A DNA stretch of 38,043 nucleotides. Source: Verrucomicrobiia bacterium. GTDB taxonomy: Bacteria > Verrucomicrobiota > Verrucomicrobiia > JABWAM01. This document shows, one piece after another, positions 9,287 through 17,781 of the stretch. The stretch is taken from the NCBI GenBank assembly GCA_028687435.1, contig JAQUAF010000056.1:1-38043 (forward strand), given 5' to 3'. The notes beneath the pieces were generated by a model that searched no databases, was not told the DNA's origin, and saw nothing but the letters and a program-made list of their open reading frames with translations. Numbering within the stretch: the first letter of the stretch is position 1; the number at the start of each line of letters is the position of its first letter. The translations under genes and the position numbers were made by a program.

Positions 9287-10954
9287 TTATGGGGAGCGGG
9301 ATGTTTTTCGCGCCTGCGGTTTCCGTTCGGTCTGCCACCATCCGTGGGTGGTAATTTGCAGTGGGGAATGTTGCTGGATGTAACTGGCAACGGCATCGCG
9401 GGTTTGGAGATCGTATTCCACGATTTGGCATTCAGGCAGATTGGCCAGATGACGGACGATCTCAAACCGCAATCCGGCGCTGGCAAGATCAAACGAATTG
9501 AACGCTATGCCGTAGCGCCGGTTTGGATCCAATGGCTTGCCATCGGGATCTCCGAGAAAGATTACGCGATGGCCAATGGAAGCGGAAGGTTTCAACCGCG
9601 TCAGAAATCCCCAGAAGCCGCGGAATTGTCCCGATGCATACAGTTTGGCGTTGTTTTCCAGCAGTTCACGAATCTGACTGGTGTTGAGTTGCAGGATGCC
9701 CAGGGTGTTTTCGTAGGGAACAAGCTGGAAAACATCCCTCATCCTGATGGGGCCGGGAGAGATGGCGATGTTTTCCCGCAGAATGCCGTGGAAAACCCCG
9801 TCAACCCGTCCGCCTTTCTGCTGCAGCCCGCTGGCGATGGATTCCGCCAGCAGGTTGAAAAGGGTGCTTTCATATTTTGATTTGTTTGGCGTCTCCAAAG
9901 GAACGGAGGTTTCGCCGATTTTTTGAGAGAGAAAAGTTTCGGTGCGATCCAGATCGGGTTTGACGCTTGCCAGCAAAGAGGCATCCACAGGGACGGTGGA
10001 ATCCATGGCGACAAGGGTGCTCCGGCGTGAGATCAGTCGCTTTGAGGCATTGTCATAGGTCAAATCCACCCGGCCCAAGGCGCCACCCCAGTATCCGGCT
10101 TGCGTATAGAGAGATTGATTGAGCGGTTGTTCGGTGAAAAAACGGTGGGAATGTCCTCCGATGATGACAGCCAGTTCGGGGAATGCGACGGCGATGGATT
10201 TCAATTGGCTGGCATGATCGTCGCCTCGTTCGCGGTAACCTTGATGCGCCAGCAATACCAATACTTGAGCGCCGGCGGCTTTGACTTTTGGAACGGTTTT
10301 TCGCAGGGCGCTGACCGAATCCTCGAAGGTCAAACCGGAAATCAAATGAGGGCGTGACCAATTGGGGACGCCTGGAGTGGTCAGACCGATGATGCCAATG
10401 TTGACGCCATCCACTTGCCGGATGATGTAAGGTTGCACCTTGGCAAAGGCCCGGATCATGCCGGTGGATGCGGTGTTTGGAGGGAGGTAATGAAGGTTTG
10501 CCGCCAGCACAGGACACTGGGTTTCCGTCAATCGCGCGGCAAGCTGTTCCATCCCCCAATCAAACTCGTGGTTCCCGAGCGCCCACCCATTGTATTGCAA
10601 TTGATTGACCACTCGAGTCATGACGCTTCCCTGGGTGAGAAAGCTGACCGGGGCGCCTTGGAACAGATCGCCCGCATCAAGGAGCAGGACATTCGGGGTT
10701 TCCTGCCGGATTTTTTTGATGGCTGTTGCGCAGCGCAACAAACCTCCTGTGTCGGGTTGCCCATCGTAATTGGTTGTGGGCAGGAGGGTGCCGTGCAGGT
10801 CGGTGGTGTGAACAATGGTGATGTTGACGTTCCTGGCGAAAAGCGGCAACCCTGCAACCATCAGCCACGCGAAGAAAAAAGGGAGGATGTGCTTCATACC
10901 ATGCTGATGGGATGATTGACGCGCGATTTCAAATGACTTTTTACAATTTTTCAT
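9287..10954 (-). CDS. Secreted bifunctional metallophosphatase / 5'-nucleotidase (UshA-like)
   Basis: Calcineurin-like phosphoesterase motifs (HTTDLHG, LLDAGDLFQG, GNHEFD, GGHSH) followed by a 5'-nucleotidase C-terminal domain. A signal peptide starts at Met20 (MKHILPFFFAWLMVAGLPLFA), so the likely true start is about nt 10897. Confidence 0.75.
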   Translation of the reverse strand: MKNCKKSFEIARQSSHQHGMKHILPFFFAWLMVAGLPLFARNVNITIVHTTDLHGTLLPTTNYDGQPDTGGLLRCATAIKKIRQETPNVLLLDAGDLFQGAPVSFLTQGSVMTRVVNQLQYNGWALGNHEFDWGMEQLAARLTETQCPVLAANLHYLPPNTASTGMIRAFAKVQPYIIRQVDGVNIGIIGLTTPGVPNWSRPHLISGLTFEDSVSALRKTVPKVKAAGAQVLVLLAHQGYRERGDDHASQLKSIAVAFPELAVIIGGHSHRFFTEQPLNQSLYTQAGYWGGALGRVDLTYDNASKRLISRRSTLVAMDSTVPVDASLLASVKPDLDRTETFLSQKIGETSVPLETPNKSKYESTLFNLLAESIASGLQQKGGRVDGVFHGILRENIAISPGPIRMRDVFQLVPYENTLGILQLNTSQIRELLENNAKLYASGQFRGFWGFLTRLKPSASIGHRVIFLGDPDGKPLDPNRRYGIAFNSFDLASAGLRFEIVRHLANLPECQIVEYDLQTRDAVASYIQQHSPLQITTHGWWQTERKPQARKTSRSP

Positions 10955-10962
10955 GGAATCTT

Positions 10963-11008
10963 TTGGTAGATTTTGATTGATTTTTTTAAAAAAGTTGGTA
11001 GATTTTGA
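10963..11008. promoter_or_regulatory. Perfect 14-nt direct repeat TTGGTAGATTTTGA x2 (10963-10976 and 10995-11008; 32 bp apart) in the divergent promoter region upstream of hdrC
   Basis: Read directly from the sequence. AT-rich context. Ends about 30 nt upstream of the hdrC SD and ATG (GAGGAGAAAGA-ATG at 11038). Confidence 0.4.
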
Positions 11009-11037
11009 AAATATCTTTGCAAACCAGAGGAGAAAGA

Positions 11038-11604
11038 ATGGAACGCCAAATTAGATATCAACGTGAAGCACGGCCTGCGTGGGGCGCTGAAATTGCCAAG
11101 CTGCCGGGCTGTGAGCGCTTGTATTCCTGCATTCAGTGCGGCACCTGTTCCGGAACGTGCCCCATGTCGCTTTACATGGATTATACTCCGCGAAGGGTGA
11201 TCGCCTTGATTCGCGAGGGGTTTTACAAGGATGCGTTGAGCTGCCGCACCATCTGGCTTTGCGCGTCGTGTTATTCGTGTTCATCGCGTTGTCCGCAGGA
11301 CATCAAGGTGACGGACATCATGTATGCCTTGAAGCGTGAGGCAATCAAGCGAAAGGTGTATCCGTCGCGATTTCCGACTCCGGTGCTGGCCAGGGAATTT
11401 TACCGGTTGGTCAAGATGTTTGGCCGCAACAGCGAGTTCTTGCTGGTTTTTCTGCTGACCTTGAAAACCAATCCGCTGGGATTTTTGACCATGGCGCGCA
11501 CGGGTATCGCGTTATTGTTGACGGGGAGGTTGAGCCCGAAGGTGGAAATGATTCGCGACGCGGCCAGGTTGCGAAAGGCGCTTGAGCCGAAGGAGGTTGC
11601 ATGA
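11038..11604 (+). CDS. hdrC: Heterodisulfide reductase subunit C-like (2x[4Fe-4S] ferredoxin domain)
   Basis: Two Cys clusters (CIQCGTCSGTCP and CASCYSCSSRCP). Size and placement directly before hdrB. Strong SD (AGGAG) in front of the ATG at 11038; the longer 11005 start has no RBS. Confidence 0.8.
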   Translation: MERQIRYQREARPAWGAEIAKLPGCERLYSCIQCGTCSGTCPMSLYMDYTPRRVIALIREGFYKDALSCRTIWLCASCYSCSSRCPQDIKVTDIMYALKREAIKRKVYPSRFPTPVLAREFYRLVKMFGRNSEFLLVFLLTLKTNPLGFLTMARTGIALLLTGRLSPKVEMIRDAARLRKALEPKEVA

Positions 11605-12515
11605 GCAATGAATCGGAAAAGGGTTATCTGTATTTTCCCGGATGTTCGCTGAAAAGCACCGGGCGGGCTTACGAGGAGAGTTTGCTGGAATTATTCCGGT
11701 TGCTGGACATCCCCCTGCAGGAGTTGGACGATTGGAATTGCTGCGGCGCCACTTCCTATATGGGCATCGACGAGGAGGCGGCCTTTGTGTTGGGGGCGCG
11801 CAATCTGTCCATTGCCTGCCAGACGCCGGGGCGCGATTTGATGGCTCCGTGCAGCGCCTGTTACATGGTGTTGCGAAAGACCCAGGATTACACCTCCAAG
11901 TATCCGCAGGTGCGGCGGGAGGTGGAGGCGGCCATGAAACGGGCCGATCTTCCCATGCCCGGGCAGGTGAAGATCCGGCATCCATTGGAGATTCTTTATC
12001 ACGATGTGGGCGCGGAACGTCTGAAAAATCTCAAGAAACGCAACTGGCTGGGCGGCACGATTGCCTGTTACTATGGATGCCAGGCGGTGCGCCCTTATTC
12101 GGATGTGGACGACGCCTACAATCCCGTGAAAATGGACGAGTTGCTGAGGGCGATGGGCGTTCAGACCATTGATTATTGCCTCAAGACGAAATGCTGCGCC
12201 GGCGTGTTGACCGGCACAGTGCCGCCGGTGGGGCGGAGGGTGAATTACATTTTGCTCAAGGAGGCGGTGCGCAAGGGCGCCCAGGCGGTGGTGACGATCT
12301 GCCCGTTGTGCCAGATCAATCTCGACGCCTATCAAAAGGAGATATCCGCGGAAAGCGGCGAACGGTTTGACATTCCGATATTGTACCTGCCCCAGGTGCT
12401 GGGCTGGATGCTGGGCGGGAGGAAAAAGGAACTGGCCTTTCACCGTTGTATTGCGGGACGGCGTTATTTGAACGAATGGTTGCGTGAGACCAAGGAGGAA
12501 GAGGCGTATGTCTAA
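11601..12515 (+). CDS. hdrB: Heterodisulfide reductase subunit B-like (two CCG cysteine-rich domains)
   Basis: Duplicated CCG-type motifs (FPGCS...NCCGA and YYGCQ...KCCAG ...CPLCQ). Strong SD AAGGAGG upstream. 4-nt overlap with the hdrC stop. Confidence 0.85.
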   Translation: MSNESEKGYLYFPGCSLKSTGRAYEESLLELFRLLDIPLQELDDWNCCGATSYMGIDEEAAFVLGARNLSIACQTPGRDLMAPCSACYMVLRKTQDYTSKYPQVRREVEAAMKRADLPMPGQVKIRHPLEILYHDVGAERLKNLKKRNWLGGTIACYYGCQAVRPYSDVDDAYNPVKMDELLRAMGVQTIDYCLKTKCCAGVLTGTVPPVGRRVNYILLKEAVRKGAQAVVTICPLCQINLDAYQKEISAESGERFDIPILYLPQVLGWMLGGRKKELAFHRCIAGRRYLNEWLRETKEEEAYV

Positions 12516-14499
12516 GCCGGTTGAAGAGATTCGCATTGGAGTTTACGTGTGCCACTGCGGCACGAACATCGCGGGCATGGTGGATGTGAAAAACGTGGCG
12601 GACTTCGCCTCGCGCCTCCCGGGCGTGACGGTTTCCCGCGAATACAAGTACATGTGTTCGGATCCGGGGCAGGAACTGATCCGGCAGGATATCAAGGAGC
12701 ATCGCCTGAACCGCATTGTGGTGGCATCCTGTTCTCCGTTGTTGCATGAGGAAACCTTCCGCGCGGCCACGGCCAAGGGGGGATTGAATCCGTTCTTTTT
12801 CCATCTGGTCAATATTCGCGAGCATGATTCATGGGTCCATGAAAACCGCCAGGATGCGACCGCCAAGGCCAATGCGCTGGTCCATGCCGCAGTGGAGCGT
12901 GTCCGGTCCCACAAGGCCCTGACCAAGAAACAGGTGCCGGTGAATCCCGCTGTTTTGGTGGTGGGAGGCGGCATCGCCGGCATCCATGCCGCGCTCACTC
13001 TGGCCAACGCGGGCAAGAAGGTTTATCTGGTCGAGCGCGAGCCGACCATCGGCGGTCACATGGCGAAGTTCGACAAGACGTTTCCGACCCTTGATTGCGC
13101 CGCCTGCATTTTGACGCCGAAGATGTCCTCCGTGAAGTCGCACAAGAACATCACCCTTTGGAGCTATTCCGAGGTTTCCAGGATCGAGGGATACGTCGGC
13201 AATTTTGAAGTGACCGTTCGCCGTCAGCCCCGTTACGTGCGCGAGGATCTTTGCGTCGGTTGCATGGAGTGCATCGACGCCTGTGTTTTCAAGGAGGCCA
13301 AATTTCCAAATGAATTTGACGAGGGGCTTGGCAAACGCAAACCGATTTACGTGCCGTTCCCCCAGGCCACCCCCAAGGTGGCGGTGATCGATCCGGATCG
13401 CTGCCTGAATGTGAAAACCGGCAAATGCAAGAAATCCTGCGTGGCATCCTGCGATCGCGGCGCCATTGATTTCACCCAGAAGCCGGAAGACCGGCAGATC
13501 AAGGTGGGGGCGGTGGTGGTTGCCACCGGATTCAAGGCTTTTGACGCGAAGCGCTCCCCGCAATACGGCTACGGGGTTTATCCCAATGTTTACACCTCGT
13601 TGGAGGTGGAGCGGCTGGTGAACGCCTCCGGTCCCACGAGCGGGGAGGTCGTGTTGCGCGACGGACGGCATCCCAAGACTGTGGGCATCATTCATTGCGT
13701 GGGTTCCCGCGAGGAACACACCAATCGTTGGTGTTCCCGTGTCTGCTGCATGTATTCCCTGAAACTGGCTCATTTGGTGAAGGAGCACAGCGGCGCCGAG
13801 GTCTTCAATTTTTACATCGACATGCGGACGCCCGGCAAATCCTTCGAGGAATTTTACCAGAAGCTTCTCAAGGAAGGCGTGCATTTTGTCCGGGGCAAGG
13901 TGGCCGAGGTGAATGACTGGGTGCTGGACCCGAGCGAGCAGGGCAAGCTGGTGATTCGCGTGGAGGATACCTTGCTGGGCACGGTGCGCCGAATTCCCGT
14001 GGACATGGTGGTTCTTGGGGTCGGGTTGGAGCCGCATGCCGACGCGCAGGAGGTGCGGCGTCTTTTCAACATCAGTTGCGGAACCGAGGGGTTTTTCCTG
14101 GAGCGGCATCCCAAGCTCGCCCCGGTGAACACCTTCACCGACGGGATTTTTCTTGCGGGTTGCTGCCAGGGGCCGAAGGATATTCCCGATACCGTGGCCC
14201 AGGCGGGCGCGGCTGCCGCCGAAGCGTTGGCTCTTATCGACAGCGGGCACGTGGAACTGGAACCCAACACGGCTTATATCGTCGAGGAGGAATGTTCGGG
14301 CTGCAAATCGTGCGTGCCGTTGTGCCCCTACAAGGCGATCAGCTATGTGGAGGACAAGAAAAAGGCGGTGATCAACGAGGCGTTGTGCAAGGGATGCGGC
14401 ACCTGTGTGGGCGCGTGCCCTTCCAGTTCGATCAAGCAGAATCTTTTTGAGGACGAGCAGGTCTTCAGTGAAATCCGCGGCGTGCTGGCGGATGTCTGA
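12508..14499 (+). CDS. hdrA: Heterodisulfide reductase subunit A-like (FAD-dependent, multiple Fe-S clusters)
   Basis: N-terminal RIGVYVCHCGTNIAG motif. FAD-binding GGGIAGIHAAL. Several CxxCxxC ferredoxin motifs. SD AAGGAGG. Overlaps the hdrB stop. Confidence 0.85.
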   Translation: MSKPVEEIRIGVYVCHCGTNIAGMVDVKNVADFASRLPGVTVSREYKYMCSDPGQELIRQDIKEHRLNRIVVASCSPLLHEETFRAATAKGGLNPFFFHLVNIREHDSWVHENRQDATAKANALVHAAVERVRSHKALTKKQVPVNPAVLVVGGGIAGIHAALTLANAGKKVYLVEREPTIGGHMAKFDKTFPTLDCAACILTPKMSSVKSHKNITLWSYSEVSRIEGYVGNFEVTVRRQPRYVREDLCVGCMECIDACVFKEAKFPNEFDEGLGKRKPIYVPFPQATPKVAVIDPDRCLNVKTGKCKKSCVASCDRGAIDFTQKPEDRQIKVGAVVVATGFKAFDAKRSPQYGYGVYPNVYTSLEVERLVNASGPTSGEVVLRDGRHPKTVGIIHCVGSREEHTNRWCSRVCCMYSLKLAHLVKEHSGAEVFNFYIDMRTPGKSFEEFYQKLLKEGVHFVRGKVAEVNDWVLDPSEQGKLVIRVEDTLLGTVRRIPVDMVVLGVGLEPHADAQEVRRLFNISCGTEGFFLERHPKLAPVNTFTDGIFLAGCCQGPKDIPDTVAQAGAAAAEALALIDSGHVELEPNTAYIVEEECSGCKSCVPLCPYKAISYVEDKKKAVINEALCKGCGTCVGACPSSSIKQNLFEDEQVFSEIRGVLADV

Positions 14500-14510
14500 G
14501 GTCTCAATTC

Positions 14511-14530
14511 AAAATTAAAAATTAAAAATT
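14511..14530. repeat. Tandem AAAATTA-type micro-repeat (aaaattaaaaattaaaaatt) immediately after the hdrA stop
   Basis: Seen directly. Strongly AT-rich island in a ~60% GC background. Confidence 0.5.
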
Positions 14531-14621
14531 GCCGGAAATGGCTCAATATTTGGAAAAATCAAAGTTTTCGATGCCCTTGTGAACCGGGATAGACTTTCCG
14601 GTCTGCCCGCCGACTCAATTT

Positions 14622-14639
14622 AACCGTGAACCGTGAACC
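14622..14639. repeat. Tandem heptamer AACCGTG x2.5 inside the hdrA-mvhD spacer
   Basis: Seen directly (aaccgtgaaccgtgaacc). Followed by further short AAACCT-type repeats. Confidence 0.5.
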
Positions 14640-14674
14640 TTCCCCCTTAAACCTTGGCCCTAAAACCTCCGTCG

Positions 14675-14690
14675 TCCCGCCATGGCGGGA
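14675..14690. promoter_or_regulatory. Perfect 16-nt palindrome TCCCGCCATGGCGGGA centred on an in-frame ATG just upstream of mvhD
   Basis: Seen directly; the sequence equals its own reverse complement. It overlaps the most upstream possible start (14682) of the mvhD reading frame. Confidence 0.45.
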
Positions 14691-14708
14691 GCGATGCTCA
14701 ATTTAATC

Positions 14709-15212
14709 ATGGAAAACCAAACTTCAACCAATGGAACGGCCTCCGGTTTCGAACCCCGAATCGTGGCGTTTTTCTGCAACTGGTGCACCTACACCGCAGC
14801 GGATCTGGCGGGGGTGTCCCGCCTCAAGTATGCCGCCAATGTGAGGGTGGTGAGAGTGATGTGCTCCGGACGCGTCGATCCGCAGTTCATCCTGGACGCC
14901 TTTGCCAAGGGCGCGGACGGCGTGCTGATCGGCGGCTGCCACCCAGGCGATTGTCATTACATCGAGGGCAATTACAAACTCCTGCGCCGCGTGCGTCTCC
15001 TGCACCGGATGTTGCGGGACATGGGGATTGAGGATGACCGGTTCCGGCTCGAATGGATTTCGGCTGCGGAAGGGGAAAAGGTCAAGACGGTGATCAACGA
15101 CATGGTTGAAAAAGTGCGAAAGCTGGGACCGTTGCAATTGCCGCAGCGTTTCCGGGATGGAGACAAGGAACTCGAAGGCGAACAACTCAAGGCGGAGGCT
15201 GCCCATGTCTGA
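14709..15212 (+). CDS. mvhD: MvhD-like iron-sulfur subunit (F420-non-reducing hydrogenase delta / Hdr-associated electron transfer protein)
   Basis: PRIVAFFCNWCTYTAADLAG...VVRVMCSGRVDP...GADGVLIGGCHPGDCHY is the characteristic MvhD Cys pattern. The alternative upstream start at 14682 lies inside the palindrome. Confidence 0.8.
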   Translation: MENQTSTNGTASGFEPRIVAFFCNWCTYTAADLAGVSRLKYAANVRVVRVMCSGRVDPQFILDAFAKGADGVLIGGCHPGDCHYIEGNYKLLRRVRLLHRMLRDMGIEDDRFRLEWISAAEGEKVKTVINDMVEKVRKLGPLQLPQRFRDGDKELEGEQLKAEAAHV

Positions 15213-16176
15213 AAAACCCAAGGTAGGCTTTTATTGGTGCGCCAGTTGCGGTGGCTGCGAGGAATCCGTGGTGGATCTTGCGGAAGGCATTCTGGATGTC
15301 GTGAAAGCGGTGGATATTGTCTTCTGGCCGGTGGCGATGGATTTCAAACGCAAGGATGTGGAGGCGATGCCCGATGGCGCCATTCTGGCGACGTTGTTGA
15401 ACGGCGCGGTTCGCTCCGGCGAACAGGAGGAGATGGTCCGCCTGTTGCGGCGAAAAAGCAAATTGTTGATCGCCTATGGTTCCTGCGCCCACACCGGCGG
15501 CATTCCGGGATTGGCCAACCAATTCAGCCGCGAGGAGATCCTGAAGTTTGTTTATCAGGAATCCCCCAGCACCGCGAATGAGAAGAACACCCGTCCCCAA
15601 ACCCGCTTTGCGGAGGAGGGCAGGGAGACTCATTTGCCGGAATTGCATCAGGTGGTGCGGTCTCTGGACCAGGTGGTGGAGGTGGATTATTATCTGCCGG
15701 GATGCCCTCCGACGCCGAATCTTTTGAAAAACGCGCTGGGAGTGTTGTTGTCCGGCAAACTGCCGCCCAAGGGCGCGGTGCTGGCGCCGGAAACCGCCCT
15801 GTGCAACGAATGTCCCCGCAAGGATTCCAAACCGCAGGATGTGGCGTTCAAGGAATTCAAACGTCCGCATCTGGCCCGGATCGAAACCGACAAGTGCATT
15901 CTCGCGCAGGGATTCATGTGCATGGGACCCGCGACACGGGCAGGATGCGGCGCTCAATGCGTTCAGGGCAACATGCCGTGCACCGGCTGTTTTGGCGCGA
16001 CCTCCCGCGTGCGGGACCAGGGGGCCAAGATGCTTTCCAGCGTTTGCTCCAACATCGATCCAAAGGAGGAGCCGGAAATCGACAAGGTTCTGGAAGGCAT
16101 TCCGGATCCCGTGGGAACTTTTTATCGTTACGGCCTGGCTCGCAGCCTGCTCCGCCGCAAGGTGTCAACCGTTTAA
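15205..16176 (+). CDS. mvhG: [NiFe]-hydrogenase small subunit, MvhG-type (no Tat signal, cytoplasmic)
   Basis: VGFYWCASCGGCEES proximal-cluster motif. AYGSCAHTGGIPG. C-terminal CxxC motifs. SD GGAGG. 8-nt overlap with mvhD. No twin-arginine leader. Confidence 0.8.
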   Translation: MSEKPKVGFYWCASCGGCEESVVDLAEGILDVVKAVDIVFWPVAMDFKRKDVEAMPDGAILATLLNGAVRSGEQEEMVRLLRRKSKLLIAYGSCAHTGGIPGLANQFSREEILKFVYQESPSTANEKNTRPQTRFAEEGRETHLPELHQVVRSLDQVVEVDYYLPGCPPTPNLLKNALGVLLSGKLPPKGAVLAPETALCNECPRKDSKPQDVAFKEFKRPHLARIETDKCILAQGFMCMGPATRAGCGAQCVQGNMPCTGCFGATSRVRDQGAKMLSSVCSNIDPKEEPEIDKVLEGIPDPVGTFYRYGLARSLLRRKVSTV

Positions 16177-16188
16177 AGGGAAACCATC

Positions 16189-17709
16189 ATGGAAGAAGCC
16201 ATCAAACAAATTTGGGAAAAGGCGCGCCATGGCGCGTCCGCCAACCCTTCCACCCGCCGGATCGTCATCGATCCCATTACGCGCCTGGAAGGGCACGGCA
16301 AAGTGGACATCTTTCTTTCCGACAAGGGCAATGTGGAAAGAGCCTATTTCCAGGTGCCCGAATTGCGCGGATTCGAGGTGTTCAGCCGGGGACGTCCGGC
16401 CGAGGACATGCCTCAAATCACCAGCCGCATTTGCGGGGTTTGTCCCACGGCCCATCACATGGCGGCCACCAAGGCGCTGGATGACCTTTACCAGGTGGAA
16501 CCCACGGTTCCCGCCCGCAAGATTCGCGAACTGGTTTACAACACCTTCATGCTGGAAGACCATGCCCTGCATGTTTATGTGCTGGGCGGACCGGATTTCA
16601 TTGTCGGCCCCGACGCTCCGGCGGGCATGAGAAATATCGTCGGAGTGATCCAGAAAGTCGGGGTGGAAGTGGGCAAAAAGGTGATCGTCATGCGCAAACG
16701 CCTGCGGGAACTGATCACCTACGCGGGCGGCAAGGTGATTCATCCCGTGTTGGGCCTGCCCGGCGGCGTGGCCAAGGGATTTGCCGCCGCGGATATGCCG
16801 AAGTTCAAGGAGCTGGCAAAGGATGGCTTGGAGTTCGCCCGTTTCACCATGCAGGTTTTCCGGGACATTGTGCTGAAAAATCCGGAGTACGTGAAGCTGA
16901 TCACCTCGGACCTTTACACCCACAAAACCCATTACATGGGAATGGTGGACGCCAGCAACAAGGTGAATTTTTACGATGGCCTGTTGAGGGTGGTGGACCC
17001 GTCCGGAAAGGAAATCGCAAAATTTTCCTCGCGGCAGTACACCGATTACATTGCCGAACACGTGGAGCCATGGAGCTATGTCAAATTCTGTTATTTGAAA
17101 AAGGTGGGATGGAAGGGGTTTTCCGAAGGCGCAGACAGCGGGGTTTATTCCGTGGCGCCGCTGGCGCGGCTCAATGCCGCCGACGGCATGGCCACTCCCG
17201 AGGCGCAAAAGGCATATGAGGAATATTTCAAAACCCTGGGCGGCAAACCGGTGCATCACACGATGGCCAACCACTGGGCCCGGGTGATCGAGATGTTGTA
17301 CGCTGCGGAACGGATCAACGAACTGGTCAATGATCCGGACATCACCAGTTCCAACATCCGAACCATTCCCACCAAGACGCCAAAGGCTGGCATCGGGGTG
17401 GTGGAGGCGCCGCGCGGCACGCTGATTCATCATTATGAAACCGATGAGCGAGGCTTGATCCAGAAGGCCAACCTCATCGTCGCCACGCAGGGCAATTCCG
17501 CCCGCATGGCCATGAGCGTGGAAAAGGCCGCCAAGGGACTGATCGTGGACGGCAAGGTTTCCGATGGACTGCTGAACATGGTGGAAATGGCTTTCCGCGC
17601 CTATGACCCGTGCCATGGATGCGCCACCCATTCGCTCCCCGGCCAGATGCCCATTGTTGCCAGGATTTGGAACAAACAAGGCCAGGTGGTTGAGCAGATT
17701 GTGCGCTGA
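16189..17709 (+). CDS. mvhA: [NiFe]-hydrogenase large subunit, MvhA-type
   Basis: N-terminal RICGVCPTAHH (RxCGxC) and C-terminal DPCHGCATH (DPCxxCxxH) Ni-Fe ligand motifs. About 24-aa C-terminal extension after the His, consistent with protease processing. Confidence 0.85.
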   Translation: MEEAIKQIWEKARHGASANPSTRRIVIDPITRLEGHGKVDIFLSDKGNVERAYFQVPELRGFEVFSRGRPAEDMPQITSRICGVCPTAHHMAATKALDDLYQVEPTVPARKIRELVYNTFMLEDHALHVYVLGGPDFIVGPDAPAGMRNIVGVIQKVGVEVGKKVIVMRKRLRELITYAGGKVIHPVLGLPGGVAKGFAAADMPKFKELAKDGLEFARFTMQVFRDIVLKNPEYVKLITSDLYTHKTHYMGMVDASNKVNFYDGLLRVVDPSGKEIAKFSSRQYTDYIAEHVEPWSYVKFCYLKKVGWKGFSEGADSGVYSVAPLARLNAADGMATPEAQKAYEEYFKTLGGKPVHHTMANHWARVIEMLYAAERINELVNDPDITSSNIRTIPTKTPKAGIGVVEAPRGTLIHHYETDERGLIQKANLIVATQGNSARMAMSVEKAAKGLIVDGKVSDGLLNMVEMAFRAYDPCHGCATHSLPGQMPIVARIWNKQGQVVEQIVR

Positions 17710-17781
17710 AAACAGAAGGTTCAACTGATTTTCGGAAATGTGCGCCGGTTTCATGGTTTCGACTTGTCCGGGTTGGGTTTT

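Noticed and set aside
14343-14546. 67-aa minus ORF reading out of the hdrA 3' end into the AAAATTA repeat
   Set aside because: Antisense to the hdrA C-terminus, and its N-terminus is encoded by a tandem micro-repeat. Not plausible coding.
15839-16630. 263-aa +2 frame ORF spanning the mvhG/mvhA junction
   Set aside because: It is out of frame with two strongly supported genes. The product is rich in R/P/W, typical of an off-frame read.
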